DNA of 64,000 bases. Source: Chrysomallon squamiferum (Eukaryota > Animalia > Mollusca). The notes under the pieces are model-generated. The model did no database searches, had not been told where the DNA came from, and worked only from the letters and a program-made list of their open reading frames with translations. Shown here in pieces: positions 1 to 15,763 of the stretch (its first letter is position 1; every line of letters starts with the position of its first letter). A program made the position numbers and the translations under genes. The stretch lies in assembly GCA_012295275.1 (NCBI GenBank), contig CM022673.1, forward strand, positions 22,320,001 to 22,384,000, given 5' to 3'.

Positions 1-473
1 CATACATACACAATTATGTCTCGTGTTAAAAAGAAATAACTTTTCTATCATTAAAATAAAAACTTCAATTATTACTCTCCACAAAAACAAAACATTCTAT
101 TTTTTAATTTTGTTTAGCAAAAATAAAAAACAGAGGATAAAAAAAAGAAAACAAAAAGAAATGAAATTAACATTCCAAACCATTTCATGAAAAACCATAC
201 AACAATATTTAAAGAGAAAACAAATGTAACTCATTAACGTAAAAACACCTTGCTGCACTGATGATACAAACTTGTTCTAATTGTTTTCCCATTTAATACA
301 AACTGACGGACGTAATGTGAGAGAAAAAAACTCCTTGTTCAGTATCAATAATGCAAACATTGTTAACATGTCGTAATTATTTCGTCCACCGTGCGATAAA
401 ACAAGCTTCTTCACGGGTTTTAGATGGGCCTCGGACGCCGTAATCAATAGAACTAACGACAAATTTACATCTT

Positions 474-525
474 TCTTCCAAATCGATAATGCTGTTCATT
501 ATCTTTCATAAAAAGAAATAATAAA

Positions 526-600
<75 letters not shown>
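474..600 (+). repeat. Left arm of an inverted repeat: 49-bp unique core + (CT)n
   Basis: tcttccaaatcgataatgctgttcattatctttcat...aaaagaaataat then (ct)n; reverse complement at 6803-6935. Confidence 0.85.
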
Positions 601-601
<1 letters not shown>

Positions 602-859
602 ACATTAGATATTCTGCAATATTTAATTGATAAAACATTTATGTGTAATTACCAAACTGAATACAATTTTATTATATTTTATCACATAAGTTTTCTGAAA
701 AGCTAAAACTTAGAACTCCTTTACAAAATCAAAACAACATGAATTTATTTAGTCTTTGTTTGATTTTAGTATTTTTATTTTGCTGACGAATTTTTTTCCC
801 ATCTATTTCCAGTTTATTAACTATAATCATATTATGTTATTTATTAATCATGACAATCC

Positions 860-1170
860 ACTGCTGACCTCACTGACCAGTCACGTGACCATCTGTCTGG
901 CCAATATTTTAATTCATTATGTGACCGCAAGAGAAAACAACAGAATAATTCACGTTGATGTAGCGAATTAACGGTGCTGCAAGCCATTTTGTCTCGTCCG
1001 TTCAACATGATTAATATTTGAAAGAAAATTATTGATTTTTCTGAGTATTTCTGTGTTGATTTGCAGCTGACAAGGGCGCGCTTGGGTCACAGACAGTGTA
1101 CATTTCGCAGTGAGAGCACGCAAAAACTTACACACAGGAAATTTACAATGGCGGTGTTCTGTACGCAATT
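860..1170. promoter_or_regulatory. CpG-rich regulatory island
   Basis: GTCACGTGAC 880-889, CCAAT ~901, YY1-like gccatttt ~983 and aatggcgg ~1147; minus-strand gtaagt donor at 1131-1126. Confidence 0.45.
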
Positions 1171-1749
1171 TTTATGTTACAGTTAATATACCGGTTTTAA
1201 TTATCGTGTTTTTAAAAAAATGTTATTAAATCTGCTACATTGCGTCTTTTTAAATTAAAATTATTTTACTTTTATGTTTTGTTTCATTAAATGTTTTTTT
1301 TTTCTTTCTGTTATATCATTTTATTTTATTTTTAATTATTTAATTATTATTTTTATTTATTTTATTTAATATTTATTTCACTTTTCAGTATTATTTTATT
1401 AAATTTTTTATTTTTATTTTATTATTTTAAATTGTTATTTTTACACTATTATTATAAATTATATATATATCATCAGTTTAAATAGCAAAAAAAAAAAAAA
1501 AACAAAAAGTAACAAATTAAATAAATACTTCATTAAACATTTTATAAAACATAAAATGCATACCTTGTTGTATTTATTTATTTGTTTATTTGCTTATTTC
1601 TCTTCTTTTTGTTGTTTGTTTGTTTGTTTGTTTTTATTGATTTAATTACTACGTTAAAAATTATATATCGTTAGCATTATTATTTTTGACAATAACTCTT
1701 TAATTTTTGGCTTCTCCAAAAATACAATTTGAAAACAAGTATTATTGTT

Positions 1750-1810
<61 letters not shown>

Positions 1811-3870
1811 TATTTATTTATTTATTTATTTTATTATTAAAAATTAAATTAAGAATTTCACTGAGAAAATAATTAAACAATGCATGGACGAACAGACAGA
1901 AAATAAATGTTACACTGGAATCAGGAATATTGAAATTAAATCCATCATCAATTATTCTACTTGTTTTACAAATTTCTTGTCAAACAGACGCCAGGAATCT
2001 GCCTCGAATTTGAAGTTTATGTTTCGTTTAGAAACCAGTTTTAAGTCTAGTTTTCAATTACAGCTGTTGTGTGGCGTCGTGGCGTGTGTCATGGAGTCAC
2101 GACGTGTACCACGATGTCGCCAAATATCACTAAATTATCAAATTCCTGCTAATAAGATCAAATAAAATGTTGTGAATATTTAGATTTTTGTGAATCTTTC
2201 ACAGCAAGACGCGAAAGTTGCTCTTATTAATATTGTTGAGATAGCTGACAGAGATAATGATATAAATAATAATGTTATTTAAAATACGATTTATTTATAT
2301 TAAACCTTTTAAAATAGTTAAATAAATTTATTTCTGTTATATATTTCTTATGAATTAATTTATTTAATATTATTAAGGCACTGACTAATCGTCTAACACA
2401 CTAACTCTAAACTGGACAAACACATACACCTTTCTTTCAATGAATTTTATGCTTCAACTTTTAGTTGATGTAAACACGCTTGAAATTACTAATTGATAGT
2501 CTTTTCTTACAACTGTGTAATACAGAGTTAGTATGTTAGTAAATTAAGAACCAAGGCTGTAGTGATTCAGAACACATCTTCGTGATGCAGTCAGTGTGCA
2601 TATCGGTCTAACTTTTTACCAGTGTTTGATTTTCTTGTATTGTTTTTCACGTCAGGTATTCAGCGAAGTCACAACACCATGCTCTCTGTGACAATATTAC
2701 AATTAATTTTATTACTGACGATACCTTAATTTCTTTTGACCATACATGTTTTTCTTTGAATTAACATAGTTTCTTTATGGTTTTAGTAAGTATATAATAT
2801 TTTAAAAATCAGCAGATACTTTGTTGGTACAACTGAAATCACTGTGCTCATTGAGCATTGCCTTGTTGGTACAACACAATTCTCTGATTAACTTTATACA
2901 GCTTAAACGTGGATTAATTAGATTTGATGATAAAAGCAACAAAACCAGTTGTTTTCTGTAGAGAAGATTATTTATGGTTTAAATGTACATCAGAATCAGT
3001 CCAACTTCATTTGTACAGATTCTTGTTTTTGATTCATTTTAAAGTACTCGGCTCTTACACAGCCGTCATTCCTGTTCATCTGTTAGCAACACAGCATTCA
3101 TTGTCATCCAAACATCATTAACATTTCTCATTACCACTGGTCGTTGCTGTAATAAAGAATTATCTTACCGTTCAGTGTAACTGTACAACTGAATCATTTG
3201 TATCTGACTGACCACATACCATGGAGTGAATTCAATGAACTGAATTAAGTCAAATATACTACAATTTATCTGATTGATTTTGGGTTCTGAGAAGAACAAA
3301 AATAATCAATTTCACAGTTTTACTTTCCGATAACTGGAAACAAATATGATAGAATATTTATTATCTGTGGCTGGACATTTTGAATGTGTACATATAAATA
3401 TAAATAAATAAATAAATATATCAACGAATTTATATTGTATAAATGGCAGGATATTTCCTTCAAAAGAAGGAAACTTTTCGTCAGTAATAAGATATTGTGT
3501 ATCAGTGAGAAAAGATGATATATCAATAATATAAAATTATTATTATTATTACTTTTTATTATTATTATTTTTTTTTTTTTGCCTGCTAAGCAAGATAAAG
3601 CATGCATCAAATTCACAACACCGAATACGTGCACCAAGAATTAAGACCATGGAAATAATAAATTACAGAGATTAAGTCAAATTTAAAAATTGCCATTGGA
3701 CAGAAGATACAGTCACGTGTTCCGGATATCAGCTTAAATTATCCGTGACGCATACACCCTTACCAGATTATCTCTTTCGTCTCTTGATTAGATTTGTAGG
3801 TCACGATAGCTGAATATACACACACACACTCACACACACACAAACACACACACACACACACACACACACA

Positions 3871-3904
<34 letters not shown>

Positions 3905-4093
3905 TTTTTTTTTTCGAGGTTGGGGTGCTTATTCGTATTAGAATATTCGATAACAAACATTTACTTATTTATTTCAATTTACGTTATGTTAATATTCTTT
4001 TATTTTTTTTTTCATTTTATATTATACTTAGATGCGAAATATAATACCTTTTAAAGTAGTGCGATTTGTGAAAAACCAGTGTCCTTTGTTACT

Positions 4094-4194
<101 letters not shown>

Positions 4195-4796
4195 GTTAAT
4201 CGATATTCTGTTGATACTATATAAGAATTCTATCATCATATTCATTTTATCTAATCTACTCGTTTTTTTGTATGTATGTATGTGATATGGCAGTGATATG
4301 CATTATTTTTTCTTTTTTTTTAAGCCTTTGATAATGAACAGTTTATTTATTTACTTCATTCTATTTTATTTTTTTATTATTATTATTTTGATCTTCTTTA
4401 TTTATTTTTACTTATATTTTTTATTCACTTATTCATTTGTTTAATTATTCATTTTTCAGGCTATTTCCTAAAACCTGTTTGAAACGAGCATTGTTATCAC
4501 TTTAACGTTGTAGCAAATGACTAGACAGACACACACACACACAAACATGTACACACACATGTATATATACGAACATATAAATGATGCATTACCTTTTAGC
4601 ACTACACAAAACTAATAAATTGTAATGTAATACAATATTAGGTATTAGAAAATAAAACTGTTAGCTAATTTAATCATATCTGAAAGCGTATGTTTAATTT
4701 AAATTGATTTTCTTCACTTTTTACTTTTTAAAAACGAAATCAGATTAATAGCTATTGTTATTATTATTATTATTTTTTTTATTATTTTTATTGTTA

Positions 4797-4848
<52 letters not shown>

Positions 4849-5939
4849 AGAGATTTTGTAAAATACTTTATTCGTTTTCCTTTACAGCACCTAACTGATC
4901 AGAATACAATTTTCTCTTCTGAATACAATGATTAGAATGATTAATTTTTCTTTATTTTTTCTTATTATGTTTTAATAATTTCTTTTATATATATATATAC
5001 ATACACACACACACACACATACTGATTTGTTTAAATTTGTTTTGTAACACAAAATAAATAGGATAAGAAAAATAAAAAATATGTTTATTATCGCACTTTG
5101 AATAATAAGGTTTTGATTAATGATATAAGAACAATAGCTTTCACGCGAAATAATAATTTTGAAGAAAAAACAACAACAAATTATCATGAGCTAGATTAAA
5201 AAGGTATTATTCCAACAGTCTTCTAAACAAAAGATGTGCTATTTTTATTTTATGAAAACTGAGCAAATTAATTTGCTTTCCCTACGTAATATGATCAACA
5301 TTTAACTGAGAATCTTCCGAACATAGAAAATGAAAACTGATATGTAAACGGTTCATTATTAACGCCTGTCCTGCCAGTTATTAGGAACACAACGTCTCAT
5401 AAGAAACGAACGGAAAGGAATCACTGAATACTACTAATAAATTAGTCATATCAAATAATGATACATATAAAAACAATCCTTCTCGACTGAAACGCTGATC
5501 GTAATATATATTTATGATCTACTTTCTGGTCGCAAAAAAAATCAAGAAGTTTATTTTTCTTTCTTTTTTTAAATGTTACGTAAATATTTTTTTTCTTTTT
5601 TACTTTTCATTTATTTGTTTATATTGAAACTGTTTACTTGCATGAATATTATTTGCATGAAAAGTATAATCTAAAATTAATTACAATAATAAAGTTGAAT
5701 TTATTTGGGTAAATTTATTTTTTCAGAACTGCACAACGCTGGTCATTTCATGTAGTTACAAAAAATAATAATAATAATAATTTTAAAAAAAACACAGTAA
5801 GTACAAAGACAATGATGATAATAATAATAACAGATTCTTATCATTATATCAAACAAGTAATTCGTTTTCTCCGTTAGGTCTATTTTAATTATTACTTAAT
5901 TTTAATACAAAACATTATTATTATTGCTGCTTCGGGTCA

Positions 5940-6190
5940 TGTAACTGACATTTTGCAGACGAGGTGACGGGCTGTTTTGACATGTGCCAGGTGCCACAGC
6001 AAGGCCGTACGTCAGTTTGCTATTTCACAGACGATGGAATTTCCCTATGCATTTTTCAGACGGAAAAATTGCTACTGACAGCTTTTGCGCGTGCCACAGA
6101 TGTTGTGCACGTGCCGAGTTTTAAATACTGCTTTGAGCGGCAAACTCAGTATGCACCGTGTTGTTAGTCAGTGAAGCGTTTTCAGTAAAT
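5940..6190. promoter_or_regulatory. CpG-rich enhancer-like island
   Basis: kB-type GGAATTTCCC 6036-6045, repeated GTGCCA, CACGTG and half-CRE motifs. Confidence 0.35.
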
Positions 6191-6800
6191 ATCTGGAGAG
6201 AAAAACACAGCAGAAAAAAAACAACAGCTAAACTTATGAATAATATATCTGTAGTCTCTTAAGGATTTTTATTTACTTCAGTAATTCTGTTTATTTATTT
6301 ATATTTAACATTTAGTTCAAACAGGAACAACAATAAATAAATAACTGCATTCTCTATTTTGTTGATATTGATGATGGCGATGGAATGATGATGATGATTG
6401 TTATTATTGTTGTTGTTCTTAATTATGGTGTAAAAAATAAACAAAATAAAAAAATTAATTTTAATATAATATTCACACAGCATGCAAACTCAATACTGTT
6501 ATTAGTAATAATTTGCATTACATCATTTAAAATTACTTTGACCGTAAACAGTTCAATTAATATAAATAATCTGGAAAAAATTCATTCATCTATTCAGATG
6601 TAAGAAAAAGAAAAGAACACACCACATATTTCTGTGTTGTTTCTTTTATATATATATTCCTCGAATTACATCTAACATAACTTTGGGCGTTTGCATTTCA
6701 AAATTTTTAAATACCTTTCTAAAGTCTAAATTCTATCATATTCTTTTTACAATTTGATCTTAATTCCTAATCGATATTGTCATTCAATAAACATATTAAC

Positions 6801-6802
<2 letters not shown>

Positions 6803-6891
<89 letters not shown>

Positions 6892-6935
6892 TTCTTTTGA
6901 TGAAAGATAATGAACAGCATTATCGATTTGGAAGA
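6803..6935 (-). repeat. Right arm of the inverted repeat: (AG)n + 49-bp core
   Basis: attatttcttttgatgaaagataatgaacagcattatcgatttggaaga matches 474-522 in reverse with 1 mismatch. Confidence 0.85.
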
Positions 6936-8844
6936 GAGAGAATACCCTCAAATTAACAAATAATCAGAAAAATATTGTTAAGTAACGATAAAACTACATA
7001 TAATGTAAAGTTTATACATACATACATACATACATACATACATACATACACAAACACGCATATACACTAATTTAGAAAAAAATGAATTTTAAAAACAGAA
7101 TAAATAAAGAAATAAGTATGTAGGTAATATTTATTTACTTATTTATTGATTTAAATTAAAAAAATTATTTTTACAAAGAACAAAAAAAAACACCAAATAT
7201 TAATCAAAAACATATTTTTAAAACTAAACTAATAATAATTCCACAAATTCCGTAGTTTGGGGATTTTGGATTTTTTTACATAATATGTTCTATAATAAAA
7301 TATTTAAAACTCGATGAATATAAAAAATTTAATTAAATATTAAAGTGTGGAAATTATATTTACATTTTTTCTTATATTTATTAAATTATTTATTTATTAT
7401 TAATTTATTATTGTTAAACATATTTTAATTTATTTAACATTTGATCATCTTAAAAAATAATAATAATAATAAATATTGTATAAACATTAATAACAAAAAT
7501 AGCTTCTTAATCTTCGAGATATAAAAACAAAAACTGTCATTTCTTTCTTCCATATGTTCTTGTTTTTGGGGGATTTTTAAAAAAAATTAGCACAAAAGAC
7601 AGATTTTAAATTAGCAAAAGACGAAAATTGACGTCACAAGATATTTTATCATTTTAATTTCGTTTTACATTTAGTACTAATAAATGCCAATATCAAACAT
7701 GTATGTTGACAGTGTGAAATGTTTTGTATATTTATTAGCTAATAATGTATGTATTTTCAGATAATTAACATACACGAAGATGAATGTCGTGTATCTTCAG
7801 CACAGCTGTGTAAGTTATCAATGCACAGAATAAAATATACATATTGTAATATATTAAATTACATGTCATAATTGTGTGCACTGTTACGTATAGCGCTGAA
7901 ATAAACATGTATTTTCAACCCAGTTACAGGGTGTTCCAAAACAAAGGTTTATTTTTTATCTTTATGTCTGTTTGTGTGTGTGCGCGCGTGCGCGTGTATG
8001 TGTATATATATATATAGACTGAGACAGACAGACAGAAAGATAAATATAGATAAAACTATTAAGAGGAGAACATTTTAGTGGATGCATGTAATCAGCGTTA
8101 CTCTCGTAGAATATTACAAATAATAACTGCTAGAGCATTTAATCAGATATTTATAACGTACATTTCAATATTAATCAAATATTAATCTACGTACGTTTAA
8201 AAACAAATATATTTATAACGCCAAGTGATATTTAAAGAGACATGTTTAATATACGTTTTCAAGTCATATTTAGAATGTATGTTTCAGGGAATATATGTTT
8301 CAAGTTATATTTATCAAGGTACATTTAAAGTAATGCCGACTTTAGCTAAACGATATTTATAATGTACGTTTTAATATATGCTTCAAATTACATTTAACAG
8401 TATTGTGTACGTGATACACACTGTGCACCATATGTGTATATTATTTAACTGAATATACTAATGACGCATGTTTTAAGTATTATTTATCATATTTTTCAGT
8501 TTTCTAGTTGTAACATACATATTTCTGCCAATGTATGGCATGCTTAAAGCAATATCCATATTATCTCTGCACACGTTATTATATGACATGTAATTAAAAT
8601 TGATTATATTTCAGTATACATTAACATTTGGATTTTAATCTTATCGTACTGATTTTGTCTACTTAAGCATTAGACTTTTATATCGTGTTTAACGGATTAT
8701 TCAGTTCTATAAAATTAAAAACGATAAAGTGTCAAAAATGTGTAACGTTCACGAATGATAAAGATCAATTTAGAAAACCATTCTTTTGTATAATTAGAAT
8801 GTATGTTTATCGATTCTAGTATCATTAATATTCACACAGTTGTA

Positions 8845-8853
8845 CTCTCTCTC

Positions 8854-8950
<97 letters not shown>

Positions 8951-9149
8951 CAACAATCACATATATACATGCAGTTTGTTACAGATCTTAACTTTCTGCC
9001 ACGTACATTTAACATGCATTTTCATAATACAAATTTATATTGTTTATATCTAATTTCAACAAATAAGAATGCAGTAAACATTTTTGTATGCATGATATCT
9101 GTTTGCTATAAAGTTAATAAAATGTTATCAAATAATTTCAAGAAAGCAT

Positions 9150-9222
<73 letters not shown>
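8845..9222. repeat. (CT)n and (AG)n microsatellites in opposite orientation
   Basis: (ct)n 8845-8946 and (ag)n ~9155-9222. Confidence 0.9.
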
Positions 9223-9227
<5 letters not shown>

Positions 9228-9299
9228 GTAATTAATCATAATCACATTTCTGATATAAATAGTTAATTCAGCAAAGTGTATTTCACTTTCTATGATTTC

Positions 9300-9920
9300 C
9301 ACTGGATAACATTACGTCAGAGTCAAACCTGCAGCTTGTTTACGTCGTCATGAATATTATAAAAACAGATAATTGTATACAGCGTATTCTCACTGAAACC
9401 GGTAAAGTGGGTCTTTGCGGCAAGGTATCCGATCAATAGAGCTTAGACTTTCCCGGGCTGCCGAACATACGCCGGCCATGTTGGAGAAATAAATACCGTT
9501 AACGCCCGCGAAATAGATCGCCTGAAATTCACATTGCAACAGACAAGAAATGTACGAACACACTAGTAGCTAGGTTATATAAAAACGACATAATACTCAC
9601 GTTTTCTTTATGAACAGGCTTCCGATAAGCGTTCACAATCAGTCCAAATACTGTATGGCTTAACGGTGAGGATATTCGCGATTTGACGTTTCAGTATGTG
9701 TGTGTGCGGGGTAATGCAGAAGTGGAGTCACGTGACGTGAAATTGACACTGGCTTCGATCGACATTCCTTCAATATGGAGGGGTCGAGCGATTTGTTGAA
9801 ATGAATCTACTGTGCAGTTTGCTACATCCATACCACAGTACGAAAGGTACTAATTATTTCCGAAATGTTCCGGCTTTTTGTGTCGGCGTTCGTCGGAAAA
9901 CACTGACTTGATACGCAACG
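9300..9920. promoter_or_regulatory. CpG-rich promoter-like island with a possible minus-strand non-coding first exon ending at 9601
   Basis: High CpG density; GTCACGTGAC 9727-9736; minus-strand donor gtgagt at 9600-9595. Confidence 0.5.
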
Positions 9921-10212
9921 TTTATTAATCAAGAGTTTCAATCAAAATTTCTTTTTTTATATATATATATTTTAAATTTATTTATCTATCCATCTATTTA
10001 TTTAAAAAAATATATATTATTTAGTTTTTAAATCTTTAAATAATAATAATAATAACAACAACAACATTAACAAGCAAATATTAATAATAAAATATACTAT
10101 TACTAATTTAAGATAATACTGTTTCTAATAATAATTCTAATAATAATTTATTAGTCATCAAAAATATTAGTTTCGTTAGATCAACACATTATCATCATCA
10201 TCGTCGTCATCA

Positions 10213-10268
<56 letters not shown>

Positions 10269-13050
10269 TACGATATCGCAAATAAAATATGTTCAAGAAA
10301 GAAAAGTTGCAATTCTGTTTTGTCGAAAGGAAAAATATAAGAACATTTTAATAATACGAATATAAATAACTTTTTAAAAACCAGGAAATCATTTTTAATC
10401 ATTGATTATAAATAAATGTATGGAATAAATTTCATAGTATTTCCGAGTGAAATTCAAAGACCATATTTATATATTTGTAGATAGCTTTCCACATATTTGT
10501 GTGCCATTCTGATCCACCCATTACAATAAGTATAAACTCAGTCACGTGCAAAACGAAATCACGTGCTGAAACGCCATCTATTGTAAAGCGCTACGAATTT
10601 TTGTTCCAGTCCAATATATTTAAATAGTGCATTATTTTAAGTATTTTATAATTTATTTATGTATTATAAGGAGCATACTTTATAAGAAAGTGCATATTAA
10701 GCTTTACAAGGTATCAGTTGTTTATGTGTCTCGATCCTGCAATCTCTACTGACAGTTCGATCAATAAACTATACAGTGATCACATTTCCGAAGAATCATC
10801 AGTTGATGTAACTAGTTCACTCGTAAGAAAGATTAGCTAGTGACATAAAAGTCGATATTGACAGGCAGTGATGTCATGTTTCAGTTTACCGTTACCTACT
10901 TCCGAGACACTGCATGACAGAAATGCAGTGACAATAAAACATGGAACGTATCTGTTAATATTACTTTTCCCTTATTATATACATTTATTTAAGAATGAAT
11001 GTTTGATACGAGTAGACTGTAAATATTTATAAAATATTAATTTAAAAACTATATTTTTAATTCAGTCATTATCAGTGAGAGTGAAATTCAAAACATTTAA
11101 TTATTTATTTATTTAGATAAGTAAATAGTTTCAAGCTGACGAGTAAAAAACACATTTTGTATTAATTATTCACTTTAATAAATAAAGTAAAACAACTTTA
11201 ATAAATAAATAAACACTACTGTGTATTGATACTTTACAGAGATATTTATAAATAAAACATTTTTTATAATTTGTTTCTTTGCTTGCTTATTTAACTATTC
11301 GTGTCGTATGTTAGCCAGTTTTAAATTATAAATTTTCTAGAATGAGGAAATTATATTATTTATAAGAAAGAAAACAAAACAAAAAAGAAAACAAAACAAA
11401 AAAGAAAACAAAACAAAAAAGAAACAAAAAAGGAAGGAAAAGAAAAGAAAAAGAAAGAAACAAGATTTTTGTAATAAAAGAAAAAAAGAACTGTTTAAAT
11501 GAATGTATACCGTGTTATAAAACTCAAAATATACTTTCTTTCTCTGACTTTCTCGCTGTAAAAATGAAACTAAAAAGAAGATTAAAGAAAGAAAGAAAGA
11601 AAGAAAGAAAGAAAAACTAAAACAAAAAGATGTTTAATGTTGAACTCGATATATAATATTTTATAATCAGCATGTGTTACCTTTTTCACAATGAGACTGC
11701 AATAAAAAAAAAAATAATAATAATAATAATAATAATATTAATAATATTAATAATAATAATAATAATGAAACCAAAAAGAAAGAATGAAAATTTGATTTAA
11801 AAAATAAAGTAATAATAATAATTTTAAAAAAAAGTTTTTGAAAAAATGGTGTATCCCATTGACTTTTATGTTTTTTAAACTTTTTTTTTTTTTTTAAATT
11901 TAAAACACAACAACATAAAACCCCCAAACCCCCACAAAACCTGTTTATATTTAATCCCGATTTAAATGTATTTTATGAATACTTATAAAGAATATAAAAT
12001 TGCGATTGTGAACATTATTTGTAAAGAAACAGTAAAACGAATAATATAGAAATATTTCTGGCATTTTCAAAATAAAGCATGGAAAGAATCTTAGAAAACA
12101 AAAAATATATATTTGTTTTAATTGAGTTCATGAATATTATATATTTTATATATTAAGCACTAAAATATTATTTTGAATATAAAATTTTGATTGTGAACAT
12201 TTTTTCTAAGTAAAGATTAATTAAATAACGATGTTTATGAATATGCAACATTTGTGTTTTAATATTTAATTAACTTTTTTCTTAACTTTGTTTATTTTTT
12301 GCTTTTTATTTTTAATGAATTTACTTATTTTATTTATGAGTTTATTTATTCTTTATATTTTCATTTATTTTATTCGTGTAATTATTTTTTTTTTTTTTTT
12401 TTTTTTTTAAGATGTAATCTTTTTAATTTTATTTATTTATTTATTATTTTTTTAGGTTTAGTTTTTGTTTAGTTAATATTATTTTATATATCTCTATTGG
12501 CGAGAATGTTTATTTTTATTTTTATTATTATTGTAATTTTTACTGATGTTTTGAACACTTATTTGCTAAATGTGATAACATATCGGTATAAAATAAATTT
12601 ATATTACACGCTGTTGCGGTTTTGGGTCAAACTAATACTACCAACATGCGTGATGAATGTAAACTGATCCTGTCAGGGAGGTTTGTCTGTCATTCCATAT
12701 TTCCCAATGGCAAAGCTGATTCTTTCTCGTAAAACAGCAGGTTTCGTATGATTATGAAAAATAACATAATGAGCCGCTTGTTTTTCTCGTCTATTATTTA
12801 TTTTTTATTTATTTTTGTTTGTTTATGTGTATGTGTTTGTGTTTCTTTATTTATTTTTCTTCTCTCTAACAGTAGCTGTATCTTGCTAGGTTTTTTCGTT
12901 CTCTCAAACCAATTGTAATTAATTACTTTATTTTTTCTTTTCCTTTGCATATGAGAAATATTTAAATAAATTCTATTAAAATTAGTTTATATTTGGACAT
13001 AAATTTAACCTGGTACAATTATAATAATAATAATTAAGTTTATTATGTTT

Positions 13051-13138
<88 letters not shown>

Positions 13139-13179
13139 GGGTTGTTGTTTTCATTTGGGTTTGTTTTTATTTTGATCTT

Positions 13180-13670
13180 CCCTCTCTGTTCCCTCTCTAA
13201 TTGTGATCTCTCCACGTTCCCTTTCTGTGATCTTTCTTCACTATATCTTCTCTCTTTGTGATCTATCTTCACTACTTCCTCTCTCTTTGTGATCTATCTT
13301 CACTATTCCCTCTCTTCTTGTAATCTCTCCATGTTCTCTCTCTGGGATCTACCTTCACTACTTCCTCTCTCTTTGTGATCTATCTTCACCATTCTTTCTC
13401 TTCTTGTGATCTTTCCTCGTTCCCTTTCTGTGATCTATCTTCACTATTTCTTCTTTCTTTGTGATCTATCTTCACCATTCTCTCTCTCCTTGTGATCTCT
13501 CCATGTTATCTCTCTGTGATCTATCTTCACTATTTCCTCTCTCTACGTGATCTATCTTCACCATTCTTTCTCTTCTTGTGATCTTTCCTCGTTTCCTCTC
13601 TGTGATCTATGTTCATTATTTCATCTTTCTTTGTGATCTGTCTTCACCATTCCCTTTAGATTATTGTGAT
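13180..13670. repeat. Pyrimidine-rich minisatellite, ~25-30 bp units anchored on TGTGATCT
   Basis: Units such as ctctctctttgtgatctatcttcact alternate with tgtgatctctccatgtt / tgtgatctttcctcgtt variants. Confidence 0.85.
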
Positions 13671-14188
13671 TCCTTAATTGAAGAAAATCATTTATAATTT
13701 TATTTTCTGCTGTTATTTTAGGTTCTGAAAATGTTTTTTATTATTACTTACGGTATAGGTGATGAAAATTTCTGTTGTCGATGTCAGTGAGACTATTGTC
13801 ATGATGTTGATGTTACTATAGCGATGATGTTGTTTTTGTGATACAGCTATTAGTATGATAATGCCGATGATGTTTTGATGATAATGTTGTAGCGATTGTA
13901 ATAACATAGTTATTGAAGCTGTCATAACTATGACGATGTTGTTACTACTGTTGTCAGAATGATGCTCTGCTGTTGATGTCATCAGTTATCTTCGTCTAAC
14001 AGAACTAAAATAACATGAAATAACAGTACAGACATTTGAGGCTTGTAAAACTGAAAACGAGGTGCGGAGGGGAAGGAAACATACAATAATTAACTTTTCT
14101 CAGTAAATGATTAATAATAAAAATGTATGCAAAATACGACTGCTTTTAAAAACCTTCATCCTGTTATTTATTTATTATTATTATTATT

Positions 14189-14231
<43 letters not shown>

Positions 14232-14519
14232 CGTTTTGTTTTAAATTCTTTTTGTGAATAAAATTACTCGATAAAATTGTAATTCGTGGACAATGTTACG
14301 GCTAATTTAAGTAATTTATGTTCAAATGCACGAAATTTGGAATTTTTCAGAAACTCTTAAAAATGTGCCTGATATCGAAGTTAATGAACAGAAATTAACT
14401 ACACATTATAAAAACATTTCCTCAGCGTTAGATATAAATACATCTCGGAGTTGCACACATTTCCGATTCCATCCCGTTATATTAAATTTTAAATCCGTTA
14501 AATGGATTAATCCAGAAGG

Positions 14520-14750
14520 AGACTTTGTGCGGTCAGCCGGGATAGCATCGTTGATGACTCAAAGCGGAAGCCTGGAACACGCGTTGAAATACACGCCTAA
14601 TCAGTTTCACTCCCGTGACAGTTCTCATCCAATGAGATGACGGCACGTGCGCTGATAGCAAGGCAAATAAAAAAATAAAAATCAATAAAAAAATTGCCAA
14701 CAGGTAAAGTGCAAGGACTGATTCGTGGCGTGCTTGAGAAGTAGACACAC
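14520..14750. promoter_or_regulatory. CpG-rich regulatory island
   Basis: AP-1 TGACTCA, ETS GCGGAAG, CCAAT and CACGTG clustered within ~100 bp. Confidence 0.35.
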
Positions 14751-14837
14751 AAAGTCATCAAAGCATTATCATGCAGTATTTTATTTTGAATAAATGTGTT
14801 TGTCATCTTCATGGTTCAAAAGTAAATATCATTTTAA

Positions 14838-14880
<43 letters not shown>

Positions 14881-15712
14881 AACGGAATAAATTAATAAAT
14901 AATAAACAAATTCCTGGCACATAGCACATACATTGTCTAATATCTTGATGAAAACGTTGTATTCGTATTAAATAAAAAACATTTAAAAATTAAAAAAAAT
15001 AAAAAAAAAAAAAAAAAATTAGATATTAATATTATAAAATCATTTTTGATTATTATTTACTGATCGAAAATGTACTGAATTCAGTATATTTAACAGCGAA
15101 GGAGATGATATTGCAGATAAATAAATAAATAAATAAATATCTTTATTATTATTATTGACTAATGCGAATACTTTCAGATGAATTTTTTTATATTTTTTTA
15201 TATTTATACAATGTGTTTAAAACAAAAAGAAAGAAAGAAAAAATTGCCTATAAATTATGTTAATGAGCTGACAACAAAATATGCATGACCTTTTAACTAT
15301 CTCATTCACAACTATGTAGTAACTTAGTTCAGCGCATTTTGTTAATTAAATTTTTAGTATTTAGACCGTAAACATGATATAGATTTTACAATTAACTGTA
15401 AGACTGAATTTGTTTACAAGTAAAATTATTATCACTAATATTTTTTCTTACTATTTATTTATGGTAAGTAGGAAAGTACTAAAAACAAAATTAAAAGTAA
15501 AATAGTAACGCTTAAAGCAGTACATGAGTTGAAGAAGTTATTACAAAATAGAAGATGACATCAAAACAAGTAACAAACAATTAACCATTTTTCGGTTTAT
15601 CAATAAATCGACAAAATAAAAAACATATGTTAATTACTTACATAACAGTATTTTCTGAACTTTAAAATATTTCATGTTATAAACTACGAATATAATTGTA
15701 ATTTGAATTAAA

Positions 15713-15763
<51 letters not shown>

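Noticed and set aside
7925-7946. TA|cagggtgttccaaa, a mariner-like terminus
   Set aside because: No matching inverted end or transposase remnant found
10572-10583. CTCF-like cgccatctattg
   Set aside because: Single partial match that cannot be told from chance
14326-14812. Overlapping 71-104 aa ORFs
   Set aside because: No homology recognised; locally higher GC lengthens ORFs by chance
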